Shown: positions 21,033-32,944, numbered from the stretch's first letter. The stretch: 64,000 nt of DNA from an uncultured Gemmatimonadales bacterium (GCA_963796335.1 CAWCLG010000003.1:129795-193794); one strand, 5' to 3'. Program-made: numbers and translations. The notes: a model not told the origin generated them from the letters alone.

Positions 21033-21612
21033 CTATCGGTCCAGATGCTGCCGCAACGCCATGCGCGCCCGGTGGAGCTGCGACTTCGAGGTCCCGGTGG
21101 CGAGCCCCAGCATGTCGGCGATCTCCTCGTGCCGGTACCCCTCGACATCGTGAAGCACGAAGATCTGCCGGGCGCCGTCGGGAAGCCGAGCGATCGCTCG
21201 TCTCCATATCCATCGAGGTCTCCGGGGGTCGCCACGCCGGCCCGGCACCGTCTCCAGCACTCGCGTCGCCCTCGAGATACCGCTGGCGCTGGACGCCGCG
21301 CCGCTCCCGCCGTCCCAGGATCACGTTGATGGCCAGCCGGTGGAGCCAGGTGCCGAAGGCCGCTTCACCTCGAAACGTCCCCAGCTTCTCCCAGGCTCGC
21401 ACGAAGACGTCCTGCGCCGCTTCGTCGGCTTCGTCGTCGCTCGAGCATCCGCCGAGCCAGGCTGTGAACCCGCCCGACATGCCCCCGGTAGAGCCGCTCG
21501 AAGGCGTGCGGCGTCCCCGCTCGCGGCCAGGGTCGCGTCCACGGCATCCGAGTCGGATTTGGGGGTCAGTCTCTCGCCGCAGCGTCACCGGTCCTGGACG
21601 GGTTCGGGTCAT
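21033..21612 (-). pseudogene. ECF (group 4) RNA polymerase sigma factor. Frame is interrupted at least 3 times.
   Basis: Region 2: [54 protein letters not shown]. Region 4: [43 protein letters not shown]. One shift coincides with a G5/C5 run at 21561-21565. Confidence 0.8.
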
Positions 21613-21723
21613 CGCGAGGGATTGGATCGGAATACGGGGGGAAAGGTTGCAGCGACAGGTGGTTCCGTCGAGGGCCGAGGGGCTGCTTGTCATCCTGGGC
21701 CGCGGCCAAGGATCTTGCCACCC

Positions 21724-23371
21724 ATGATTACGGCCCCGACCGGCACGACCCTCTCCTGCAAGGGATGGCATCAGGAAGCCGCGCTCCGGATGCTGATGAA
21801 CAACCTCGATCCCGCGGTCGCCGAGCGCCCCGACGACCTGGTGGTCTATGGCGGGAGCGGCAAGGCGGCGCGGGACTGGCCATCCTACGAGCGCATCGTC
21901 GCCACGCTCCGCCGGCTGGAGAACGACGAGACCCTGCTGGTTCAGAGCGGCAAGCCGGTGGGCGTGTTCCGCACCCACGAGGAGGCCCCCCGGGTGCTGA
22001 TCGCCAACGCGCACTTGGTGCCGCGCTGGGCGACCTGGGACGAGTTCCGCCGACTGGAGGCGCTGGGCCTGACGATGTACGGTCAGATGACCGCAGGCTC
22101 GTGGATCTACATCGGGACGCAGGGGATTCTCCAGGGGACTTACGAGACGTTCGCCGAGTGCGCCCGCCAGTCATTTCGGGGGACCCTCGAGGGGCGGCTG
22201 GTCGTCACCGGCGGACTCGGCGGCATGGGCGGCGCGCAGCCGCTTGCCGCGACGATGAACGGCGCCGCGTTCCTCGGCGTCGATGTCGACGAGAGCCGGA
22301 TCCGCCGCCGGGTGGAGACCGGTTACTGCGACCGGCTGGAGACCGATCTCGACCGCTCGCTCGAGTTACTGGACGAGGCTCGCCGGAAGCCGCCGGGCGC
22401 TCTCGGTCGGACTGGTAGGCAACATCGCGGAGGTGCTGCCCGCCCTGGTCCGGCGCGGCCTGGTGCCGGATGTGGTGACCGACCAGACCTCGGCCCACGA
22501 TCTCCGCCTGGGATACATCCCCGCCGGCTGCTCACTCGACCAGGCCGCAGCCTTGCGCGAGCGCGATCCCGCCGGCTACGAGTCGCGGGTCCTCGACTCG
22601 ATGGTCACGCACGTCGCGCGATGCTCGAGCTGAAGCGCGCAAGGCGCGGTGGTGTTCGACTACGGCAACAACCTCCGTGGCCAGGTGGCGGACCACCGTG
22701 GGATGAAGGAGGCGTTCGACATCCCGGGCTTCGTCCCGGAGTACATCCGCCCGCTGTTCTGCAAAGGCGCGGGCCCGTTCCGTTGGGCGGCCCTGTCCGG
22801 CGACCCGGCCGATATCGCGGCGACCGACAGGGCGGTACTGGAGACCTTCCCCCACAACGAGCCACTGGCCCGCTGGATCCGCCAGGCGCAGGAGCGGATC
22901 CACTTCCAGGGGCTGCCGGCCCGGATCTGCTGGCTGGAGTACGGCGAGCGCGCGGAGATGGGGTTGCGGTTCAACTGGCTGGTGCGGCAGGGCAAGGTAA
23001 AGGCGCCGATCGTGATCGGGCGGGACCATCTCGACACCGGCTCGGTGGCGTCGCCCAACCGGGAGACCGAGGCGATGCAGGACGGCTCCGACGCCATCGC
23101 CGACTGGCCCCTGCTGAACGCGCTGCTCAATACCGCGTGCGGCGCGAGCTGGGTGTCGCTGCACCACGGCGGCGGCGTAGGGATCGGGTACTCGATTCAC
23201 GCGGGGATGGTGGCCGTGGCCGACGGAACGGATGCCGGGGACCGCCGGCTCGAGCGAGTGCTGACGGCCGATCCGGGAACCGGGGTGATGCGCCATGCCG
23301 ACGCCGGGTACGATCTGGCGATCGAGACGGCGCGAGAGCGGGGAGTGGATCTACCTTCGGTCCTGGGCTGA
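21724..23371 (+). pseudogene. hutU: Urocanate hydratase with 2 apparent frameshifts (about 22390 and 22625)
   Basis: [90 protein letters not shown]. Confidence 0.9.
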
Positions 23372-23380
23372 GCTCCTGCC

Positions 23381-24621
23381 GTGAAACTGATCGACAACAT
23401 CTCCACGCTGGTCACCTGCCGCGCCGACGGCGGCCAGGGCGAGTTGCACCCGATCGCCGACGCCGCGATGGTCTGGTCCGGTTCCACCGTCCGGTGGGTC
23501 GGCCCGCGGGCCGAGCTGCCGGGGGAGTACGAGCGCGCCGACCGCGTCGATGCGCAGGGCGGGCTGCTCGTCCCCGGGCTCGTCGACTGCCACACGCACC
23601 TCGCCTTCGGTGGCTGGCGAGCGGACGAGTTCACCCAGCGGATCCAGGGCGCGACGTACCTGGATATCGCGCGCGCAGGCGGCGGAATCGCGCGCACGGT
23701 GCGGCTCACTCGCGAGGCGGGCGAGGAAGCACTCTATCAGCGGGCCCGCGGCTTTGTGCGGGAGATGATCGCGCTCGGCGTCACCACGATCGAGTGCAAG
23801 AGCGGCTACGGGCTCGATCGGGAGCACGAGCTCGAGCTGCTGCGGGTGTATCGCCGGCTGGGTGCGAGCGAGGCGGTGCGTGATCGTCCCGACGTTCCTG
23901 GGTGCGCACGTCGTCCCACCGGAGTATCGCGACCGGCGCGAAGCGTACATCGCGCTCCTCGTGGACGAGCTGATCCCGGCGATCGCGTCCGAGCGCTTGG
24001 CGGTGTGCTGCGATGCGTTCGTCGAGGAGTCGGCGTTCACCGTCGACGAGGCGCGGCGAATCCTCCTGGCGGGGCGCGCCGCGGGACTGAGCCCACGGCT
24101 CCACGCGGATCAGCTCACCGGCGCGGGCGGCGCCGAGCTGGCGGCCGAGGTGGGGGCGTTGTCGGCGGACCACCTGGAGCACGTCTCGGAGCGGGGCATC
24201 GCGGCGATGGCCGCGGCCGGGGTGGTGGCCGTGAGCCTGCCGATCGCCAGTCTCTACCTGGGACAGCCGCCGATGCCGGCCCGGCGGCTGATCGAGGCCG
24301 GGGTGGGGGTCGCAGTGGCGACCGATTTCAATCCGGGGTCGGCGCCGAGCTACCACCTGCCCCTCGCGATGACCCTCGCCTGCACCCTCCAGCGGATGAC
24401 GCCGGCCGAGTCGCTCAAAGGGGCTACGTTCTACGCTGCCAAGGCTTTAGGGCTGGAGCAGCGGATCGGGTCACTGGAGCGGGGGAAGGCCGCCGACTTC
24501 GCCGTGGTGGACGCCCCGGATGTCGATACCTGGCTCTACCACCTGCGCCCGAACGCCTGCCGGCTTGACGGTCGCCGGCGGGCAGATCCTGTGGCGGAGC
24601 CAGGGGCGGGGGGGTACCTGA
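23381..24621 (+). pseudogene. hutI: Imidazolonepropionase with 2 apparent frameshifts (about 23875 and 24570)
   Basis: [61 protein letters not shown]. Confidence 0.9.
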
Positions 24622-24685
24622 GAGCTTGCGTGAACATGCAGGGGCTTGCAGTGTAGTCTCCCAAGCAGCACCCCAAGTTTCCCAA

Positions 24686-27651
24686 ATGAAGATCGAAACA
24701 CCGTTTCACGGAGGCGCCATGGCACATCGCTGGTGGGGGATGGTCTTAGCCCTCGGTACCCTGATCTCCTCGTCCGCGGTGGCACAAGTGCGGCAGGTCA
24801 CCGGTACGGGTGTCCAACGGAGAGACCGGAGCGGGTGTACCCGAGGCGACAATCGCGGTGCAAGGGACGCGGATCGTGGCCCAGAGCGGGACCGACGGCC
24901 GCTTTTCCCTCAACGCACCCGATGGCACACTGACCCTGGTAACCCGGGCGATCGGGTTCCGCTCTCATACCGACACCTTGCCGCCGGAGGCCGCCACGGC
25001 GGACGTGGCCCTCGAGCCGGACATCTTCAATCTCGAAGAGGTCGTGGTGACCGGCCAGTCTACCGGCATCGAGAAGCAGAACCTGCCGAACGCTGTGGCG
25101 ACGGTGAGCGGAAGCGAGCTCACCCGGGCGCCGACCGGCACGCTCGAGAGCGCGCTCCAGGGCAAGATCCCGGGCGCGTTGATCCAGTCCAACTCCGGCG
25201 CGCCGGGCGGAGGCATCCAGGTCAACCTCCGCGGCGTCTCGACGATCAACGCGGGCACCGACCCGCTGTTCGTGGTCGATGGGATCGTGATCAGCAACGA
25301 CGCGATTCCCAACGGCGCCGACGCGGTGACGGCCGGCCCAGGCGGGCGGCAACCCCCGCAACCAGGACAACCCGACCAACCGCATCGCCGACCTCAACCC
25401 CGAGGACATCGAGCGGATCGAAGTCCTGAAGGGGGGTTCGGCCGCGGCGATCTACGGGTCGAAGGCCACCAACGGCGTGGTGATCATCACCACGAAGCGG
25501 GGGCAGGCCGGCAAGCCGCAGTTCAGCCTGACCCAGCGGTTCGGCGTCTTCACCAGGTCCAACGAGCTGGGCAGGCGGACCTTCGACATCGCTGGAGGAC
25601 GCGCTCGAGGTCTATACCGCCGACACCGCGCTCGTCACCTCCCTGTTCCAGCCGGGCCGTACCTTCGACATCGAGGACCAGATCTACGGCCGCCAGGCGC
25701 TCTCCTACGAGACCTCCGCCAGCGTGAGCGGCGGCACCGAGCAGACCCGGTACTACGTGTCGGGCTTGATCAAGAACGACGAGGGCATCGCGCTCAATAC
25801 CGACTACAAGAAGCAATCGCTGCGGGCCAACATCGATCAGGAACTGAACGACTGGGTCACGCTCTCGGTGAACACCAACTTGATCCACAGCCGCTCGAAC
25901 CGAGGCCTGTCGAACAACGACAACTCGGGCACCAGCCCTTATACGGTGTTCCCCTTCACCCCGAATTTCGTCGATCTGGCCGCCACCGGCCCCCTGATCA
26001 CCGACTTCCCGCTCAATCCGTTCGAGCGCAGCAATCCGATCCAGACCTTCAGCTTCCTCAAGAACGACGAGGACACCTGGCGGGCGCTCGGCACGCTGAC
26101 CGCGCGGATGAACCTGGTGACCAATGAGCACCACAACCTGAATCTGATCGCCATCGGCGGCGCGGACTATTTCAACCAGGAGAACGATTTCGTCTCGCCG
26201 CCGGAGCTGGAGTTCGAGCCCAACGACGGGCAGCCCGGCACCGTGGTGCTGGGCAAGTCCTCCAATCTGAACCTGAACCTCGCGGTCAACGGCAACTACA
26301 CCTACTCGCCGGGCTCAGGGGGGTATCAGGCTACGACCTCGATGGGCGTGCAGTACGAGGACCGCGATCTGGACGCCACCCGGATCCTGGCCCGCACGCT
26401 GCTCGCGCGGACAGGAGAACCCCGACCAGGCGGCCAGCGTGAGCGTGCTCCAGGACGACCGGCCGGTGCGCGACCTCGGCATCTACGGCCAGGAGGAAGT
26501 GCTGCTGTTCGACCGGAAGCTGCTGCTCACCGCGGGCCTCCGCGCCGACCGCAGCAGCACCAACGGCAACACCGGCAAGTTCTTCTTCTATCCCAAGGCG
26601 GCGATTTCCTACCGGTTCATCAAGCCGTTCGGGGGGTTGGACGAGATCAAGCTGCGCGGCGCCTTCGGGCAGACCGGGCAACCAGCCGCTGTTCGGCGCC
26701 AAGTTCTCGCCCGACACCACCGGCACCATCGGCGGGATCTTCGGCGTGCTGCCGGGCAACCGGGCGGGCGATCCGTTCATCAGGCCGGAGCGCCAGACCG
26801 AGTTCGAGGCGGGCTTCGACGCCCAGCTCGGCGGGCGGCCGGGCCGAGGTGAACTTCACGGTCTACCAGCGCAACATCACCGACCTGCTGCTGGAGCAGA
26901 CGCTGGCGCCCAGCTCGGGCCAGGAGACCCGCATCTTCAGCTCGGACAGCCGGCTGCGGAACCGCGGCTTCGAGGCCTCGCTCACGATCTCGCCGGTTCA
27001 GTCGCGCGACGTGAACTGGCTGTTCCGCACCACGTTCTTCAAGAACGAGCACGGTCATCACCCGGCTGTCGGTGCCCACCTTCCAGACCGGCGGCTTCGC
27101 GCTGGCGCTGGGCACCTACCAGATCCAGCAGGACAGCTCGGCCACCCAGATCTTCGGCAGCGAAGGGCAAGATCGGTGACGCCACACCCGACTTCCAGAT
27201 GTCGTTCTCCAGCGACCTCGACTACAAGCGGCTTCACCTTCGGCTTCCTGTGGGACTGGAAGCAGGGCGGGGACATCATCAACCTGACCGAGTTCCTGTA
27301 CGACGCGGGCCAGAACAGCATCGACTTCGTCGGCCCCGGCCAGGCGCGGCAGGACGGCGTTCAACGACGGGCATCAGCCAGGTCTACGTGCAGGACGGCT
27401 CGTACCTCAAGCTCCGCGAGGTCACGCTCGCCTACAACCTGCCGGAGAGCTTCACCCGCGGGCTGTTCGGCTCATCGGTCCGCAACGCCCGGATCTCGCT
27501 GAGCGGACGGAACCTGCTCCGCTTCACCGGCTATCGCGGGCTCGATCCGGAAGTCAGCAACTTCGGCAACCAGGCGATCGTCCGAAACATCGACGTCGGC
27601 CCGTTCCCGCCGAGCCGCAGCTTCTTCTTCGCGATCGACCTGGGATTCTGA
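24686..27651 (+). pseudogene. SusC/RagA-type TonB-dependent outer-membrane receptor. Frame is interrupted many times.
   Basis: CarboxypepD_reg-like N-terminus: ATIAVQGTRIVAQSGTDGRFSL. Plug: ALQGKIPGALIQSNSGAPGGGIQVNLRG, NPEDIERIEVLKGGSAAAIYGSKATNGVVIITTKRG. Barrel end: GYRGLDPEVSNFGNQAIVRNIDVGPFPPSRSFFFAIDLGF*. Confidence 0.85.
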
Positions 27652-27653
27652 CC

Positions 27654-28998
27654 ATGAGGCCGACCATGCGACACGTGGCATTCGCTGCTCCTGCTGGGCG
27701 TCCTCACCTCGGCAGGGTGCAGTTTCGATCTGAGCACCAACCCCAACAGCCCCGATCCCATCGGGGCGAATCCGACGCCGGAACGAGGTCGCCGCCGCGG
27801 CGAACGGGATGCTGATCGCCTTCCGCACCGACTTCGCCGATTTCCCGCTCGACATGGGGATCCTCGGCCGCGAAGTCGCTGCGCTTCGACGGCTCCGACC
27901 CGCGCTTCACCGGCGAGCTGCTGCTCGGCCCGCTGGATCCCGGAAGCGACGCCTTCGGCGGCGACCACTGGGCCGACCAGTACGCCGCCATCCGTGGCGG
28001 CAACCTGATCCTGGCGGTGCTGCCCACGGCTGCGTAGCTGACGGCGGAGGAGCAGAGCGCCACCTCGGGCTACGTGAAGACGATCCAGGCGCTCAACTAC
28101 CTGATCATCCTGAATTCGCACACCCAGGACTCGATCCCGATCGTCACCGACACCTCGGTGACGGCGGCGCCGGCCGCATTTCGGACCCGGACGGAGGTGT
28201 TCGCCCACATCGTGACGCTGCTGGATCAGGCGGCGGCCGAGCTGACGGCTGGCGGCGCGGCGTTCCCGTTCCCGCTGCCGTCGGGCTTCCGGGGATTCAA
28301 CACCCCGGCGACATACCGGCCGTTCAACCGGGCGCTCCGCGCCCGGGTGGCGGTCTATACCAATGACTTCGCCGGCGCGCTCACCGCGCTGGCCGAGTCG
28401 TTCGTCGATGCGCCCGGCGACCTGGATCTCGGCGTCTACATGGACTACGGCACCGGAGCGGGCGACCTGGCGAATCCGCTCTCCATCGACCCGCAACAGG
28501 GTGAGAACTTCGCCCACCCGTCGCTGGAGACCGGCGCGCAGCTCCAGATCGACGGGGTGACGCTGGACCAGCGGTTCGTCGACAAGATCGTGCCGCGGCC
28601 GGGACAGCAGTAACAACGGACTGGCGTCCGATCTGGGCTGGATCCGCTATCCCAGCCCCGGCAGCCTGATCCCGATCATCAAGAAGGAGGAGCTGATCCT
28701 GCTCCGGGCGGAGGCGAACATCGGTCTGAGCAACCTTCCGGCCGCGCTGTCCGGACATCAACACGGTGCGGGTGACTTCAGGCAATCTTGCGCCGCTGGC
28801 CGACCTCGGGACGGCTGACGCCGCCCTCGACCGAGCTGCTGTACAACAAGCTCTACTCCCTGATGTTCGAGGGGGCGCACCGGTGGATCGACGCCCGGCA
28901 CTACGGCCGGCTCGACCAGCTGCCGATCGACCGGGAAGGCGATCGTGATCTTCTCGACGCTGCCGATTCCGACGGACGAAATCCTGCCGCGGCAGTGA
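27654..28998 (+). pseudogene. SusD/RagB-family lipoprotein, with frameshifts and an in-frame TAG at 28035-28037
   Basis: It sits immediately downstream of SusC. Lipobox-like: LLLGVLTSAGC (frame-shifted). Segments: [104 protein letters not shown]. Confidence 0.75.
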
Positions 28999-29016
28999 GA
29001 TAGGTGCGTTTCCGGG

Positions 29017-29052
29017 CGAGCCCCCACTGGCGTTGCGGGGGCTCGTTCGGCA
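29017..29052 (+). terminator. Candidate terminator after SusD
   Basis: CGAGCCCCC-actggcgttgc-GGGGGCTCG followed by TTCGGCATT. Confidence 0.35.
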
Positions 29053-29206
29053 TTATGAATATTCCGGGTCGGCCTCATCGCCGGCTCCGACTCCCGTATT
29101 GTCACTGGTTTGCACGTCCGCCCGCCGGCAGCGCCGCGTGCGCGCTCCCCGGCGCCGGCTGAAGTTGGTGAGATCCCGAGCGTCTCATTCCATGGAGGGC
29201 ACCGAG

Positions 29207-29618
29207 ATGATTCACCGCATCACCCGTGTTTCCGGCGTCCGACTGCTGGCCGCCGCCGTCGCGCTGCTCTCGTTCACCGCGTGCGGTGGAGAGGCCTCGA
29301 AGTACTCCGGCTCCTGGAAGCGGGATCTCTACGGCGAAGGCGAGGTGCAGATGGACCTGGCCTCGAACGGCGGGATGGAGCTGCTGCTTCCGTCTCCCCG
29401 GTGGCCTGACAGCGTCGACATGAAGGGCCGGGCCGAACTTCATCGGCGACACCCTGATCTTCAAGGCGGACACCGCCGGCAGCCCCTGCCAGACCGCCGA
29501 CGCGCGCTACGTGGTCAGCCGCACCGAGAACGAGCTGCGCATCGCGGGCGTGGGGATGGATTCATGCGGCGGCCGGCGAGCGGCGCTGGTGGGAACCTGG
29601 GACAAGACGTTGAGCTAA
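29207..29618 (+). pseudogene. Small hypothetical lipoprotein with one apparent frameshift near 29440
   Basis: Lipobox: MIHRITRVSGVRLLAAAVALLSFTAC. It continues in another frame as FIGDTLIFKADTAGSPCQTADARYVVSRTENELRIAGVGMDSCGG...WDKTLS*. Confidence 0.5.
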
Positions 29619-29689
29619 GACGGGCAGTCGGGCGGACGGGCAGGGGGCAGTTACTGACCGCCTGCCCGACTGCCGATCTGCCCGTCTGT
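29619..29689. repeat. Inverted arrays of 8-nt-periodic GGGCAG units between convergent genes
   Basis: Left arm: GACGGGCAG TCGGGCGG ACGGGCAG GGGGCAG (29619-29650). Spacer: ttactgac. Right arm: CGCCTGCC CGACTGCC CGATCTGCC CGTCTG (29659-29689). The right arm encodes the last ~13 codons of aguA. Confidence 0.65.
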
Positions 29690-30699
29690 AGATGGCCACT
29701 GCTGGGTGACGCAGTGGAAGGCGCCGAGGCCCCAGACCAGGTCGGTGCAGTCGATGCCGACGACATCGCGGTCGGGGAAGACGCCCTTGAGGATCGCCCT
29801 GGCTTCGCTGTCGCGCTCGGGGTCGTAGGTGGGGAGCAGGACCAGGCCGTTCGCGATGTAGAAGTTCGCGTAGCTGGCCGGGAGCCGCTGGCCCTCGTGG
29901 TAGAGCGGGCGCGGCATCGGCAGGGTGACAACGCGCAGCGGGGTGCCGTCCTGATCGCGCATCGTGCGGAGCCGCTCCAGGTTTTCCTGGAGCGGCTCGT
30001 AGTTTTCGTCGGCCGGGTCGTCCTCCACCACGGTGACGACGGTGGTCGGGATCCACGAAGCGGGTGATGTCATCGACGTGGCCGTCGGTATCGTCGCCGG
30101 CGATTCCGTCACCCAGCCAGAGGATGTTGCTGACGCCGAGGTAGCGGCGAAGCCTGGCCTCGATGGCGTCGCGGTCGAGCTGGGGATTCCGGTTGGGGTT
30201 GAGGAGGCACGCTTCGGTCGTGAGAAGCGTGCCACGGCCGTTCACGTCGATCGAACCGCCTTCCAGGATCATCCCGGGAGTAGACCACCGGAATGCCGTA
30301 CTCCCGGCCGATCCGGGTCGGGATCACGTCGTCGAGGTCGTAGGGCGGATACTTGCCGCCCCAGGCGTTGTAGCCCCAGTCGAGGATCGTCTCCTCGGTC
30401 TTGCCGCGCTCCTGGCGGTGGACGAAGATCGGCCCGTGGTCCCGGCACCAGGCGTCGTTGGTGGGATGGTGGTGGAAGAAGACGTTGCCCGTGTCGGCGC
30501 CCTCGTCCGCGAGCAGGCGGCGCACGTCGGCCTCCATCGCCGGCCCGGCGACGTTGACGTGCACCTCCTCCCGCTCGGCGAGCAGGCGCACCATCCGGGC
30601 GAAGATCGGCGGCACCGCGCCGAACTTGCCGGGCCAGGACGCTTCCTTGTGCGGCCAGCTGAGCCAGGTGCCGCGGTGAGGCTCCCACTCGGCGGGCAT
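29651..30699 (-). pseudogene. aguA: Agmatine deiminase with at least 2 apparent frameshifts; the true start may lie slightly upstream
   Basis: FRMPAEWEPHRGTWLSWPH, HPTNDAWCRDHGPIF, WGYNAWGGKYPPYDLDD, EGGSIDVNGRGTLLTTEACLLNPNRNP, DDTDGHVDD, SYANFYIANGLVLLPTY, GLGAFHCVTQQ. Confidence 0.85.
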
Positions 30700-30758
30700 G
30701 CGGAACCCGGTGTCGACATGGCCCCCTTCACTGCGTTCACGGTGACCAGAAACCCGGA

Positions 30759-31646
30759 TCAATCGAGATACCGCTTCGTGATGTCCTGATAGGCGTCGAT
30801 CCGCCGGTCCCGCAGGAAGGGCCAGTGGGTGCGGCTGACATCGACCTTGGACAGGTCGCAGGTGGCGGTGAGGATCTCTTCGCCGGTGCCGGCCTTCGCC
30901 AGCAGGCGGCCGCCGGGGTCGGAGACGAAGCTGCCGCCCCAGAACTCGATGCCGGCCTTCGGGGTCGCCCTCGTGGCCCACCCGGTTGACCGCGCAGACG
31001 TAGACCCCGTTGGCGATCGCGTGGCTCCGCTGGATGGTCTCCCAGGCCGCCTGCTGCTGCGCGCCGTGCTCCTGCTTCTCCGCGGGGAGCCAGCCGATGG
31101 CGGTGGGATAGAACAGGATCTGGGCCCCGCTCAGCGCGGTGAGCCGGGCGGCCTCGGGATACCACTGGTCCCAGCAGATCAGCACGCCGATCCGGCCGAA
31201 CTGCGTGTCCCAGGCGCGGAAGCCCAGGTCGCCGGGGGTGAAGTAGAATTTCTCGTAGTATTGCGGATCGTCGGGGATGTGCATCTTCCGGTACTTGCCC
31301 AGGTACCGGCCGTCCGCGTCGAGACCGCGGCGGTGTTGTGATACAGCCCCTCGGCGCGCTTCTCGAACAGCGACGCGACGATGACGACGCCCAGCTCCTT
31401 GGCGAGCGCGGCGAGGCGCTCGGTGGAGGGGCCCGGGATCGGCTCCGCCAGGTCGAACTAGCGGTGGTCCTCCGTCTGGCAGAAGTACTGGCTGCGAAAC
31501 AGCTCCTGGAGGCAGACGATCTGCGCGCCCTTGGCGGCGGCGTCGCGCACGCCGCGGATCGCCTTCTCCAGGTTCTCGGCAGGGTCCAGCGAGCAGCGCA
31601 TCTGGACCAGCCCGAGCTCGACGGACTTTCCGGCGGTGGGGTTCAT
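30759..31646 (-). pseudogene. aguB: N-carbamoylputrescine amidase (nitrilase superfamily). Frame is interrupted.
   Basis: MNPTAGKSVELGLVQMRCS, AQIVCLQELF, HIPDDPQYYEKFYFTPGDLGF, FGRIGVLICWDQWYPEAARL, AIANGVYVCAVNRVG. Hand-translated end: LRDRRIDAYQDITKRYLD*. Confidence 0.85.
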
Positions 31647-31810
31647 GGCGGTGAAGATAATGCCAGGCTCAGTGAGGCGACAGCCACGGCGGGTGATCCA
31701 GGTCACCTTGCGACCGTGGTCATGGGTCGCGGCAGAGAAGGCACACGATGAACGTAGGATCGATGCTGGCCGGACCCGGCCGCCACACCGGGAAAGGACG
31801 GACGAGGACC

Positions 31811-32523
31811 ATGAGGATGCAGCCTCGATCCGCGTTGGCTGCTCCTGGCGCACCGCCTGCTGCGCGGCGGAGGCGACGACGACTCCGCCGCGCCGGAACC
31901 GAGGGCGCGGCGGTCACCGACTCGGCGGCCACGCCGCCGGCCGACACCGCCGCCACCGCCGACACCGCCACACCGGCGCAATCCGATACGTCGCCGGCCG
32001 CGACGGCCGGCGACACCGCGGCGAAGCAGCAGGCCCAGCAGACTCCAGCCCCCGCATCCAAGCCTGCGCCGAAACCGGCCGCCGACGCCCGAAGCCGGCG
32101 CCGACACCGGCGCCGTCCGCTCAGGCCGCCGCGCCGAAGGACACCGCGAGCTCGGGTACGACCGCGAGCGCCGATGCGCCGCTGCGCGACGCCTACCACC
32201 AGGCGCCGAAGGACACGGTGGATCAGGCGACCTACGACGGCTGGAAGCAGTACAACCTCAACTGCGCCCGCTGTCACGGTGAGGACGTGCTGGGCTCCAC
32301 CATCGCCCCGCACCTGATCGTGTCGCTCAAGCCCGACGGGCCGATCAATACCCAGGAGCTGTTCGTGCAGACGGTCTGCGCCGGCCGCCCGGCCAAGGGC
32401 ATGCCGTCCTGGTGCGCGCTGGGGATGGACCCCGCGAAGATCAACCAGATCTACTCCTACGTGAAGGGCAGGAGCGCGGCGAAGATCGGACCCGGCCGCC
32501 CCGCCGTCAAACAGGAAGGCTAG
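31811..32523 (+). pseudogene. Membrane/lipid-anchored c-type cytochrome with a long Ala/Pro/Thr-rich linker. The N-terminal part is frameshifted.
   Basis: C-terminal domain: YDGWKQYNLNCARCHGEDVLGS...AGRPAKGMPSW...IYSYVKGRSAAKIGPGRP (CxxCH plus a distal Met). Linker: TPPADTAATADTATPAQSDTSPAATAGDTAAKQQAQQTPAPASKPAPKPAA. Confidence 0.65.
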
Positions 32524-32526
32524 CCG

Positions 32527-32938
32527 ATGAGACCGCTCGCGATTCCGCTCTCGCTGCTCGCCCTCCTCACCGGCGCCGCGGTCGAGCCGCTCGCCAGCCG
32601 CGGGGCAGGAGGAGGGCGCCAAGGTCAGCGCCGTGGAGTACGAGGGATGGCGGCAATACAACGTGCACTGCGCCCGCTGTCACGGGCAGGACGCGCTGCC
32701 CAATCCGGTGGCCGCGAACCTGCTGGTCAGCCTGGCCCCGGAAGGGCCGCGCCGCGGACAAGGCGACGTTCACCAAGGTCGTCATGGAAGGGCGGGCGGA
32801 GCGCGGCATGCCGCCGTTCGAAGGAGTCGGTCACGCCCGAGCAGGTCGACGCGATGCTACGCCTATCTGAAGGGCCGGGCGGCGAAGCGGATTCCGGCCG
32901 GCCGGCCGAAGGATCCCGGCGAGAAGCCGGGGAGCTAG
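32527..32938 (+). pseudogene. Second, paralogous c-type cytochrome. Frame is interrupted.
   Basis: Signal peptide: MRPLAIPLSLLALLTGAA. Domain: YEGWRQYNVHCARCHGQDALPNP...MEGRAERGMPPF...YAYLKGRAAKRIPAGRP. It is collinear with the domain of the upstream gene. Confidence 0.65.
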
Positions 32939-32944
32939 GCGCTC

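Noticed and set aside
31703-32661. 134-aa and 313-aa ORFs on the - strand over the cytochrome c genes
   Set aside because: They are antisense shadow frames rich in R/G/A. The + strand carries the CxxCH domains and signal peptides.
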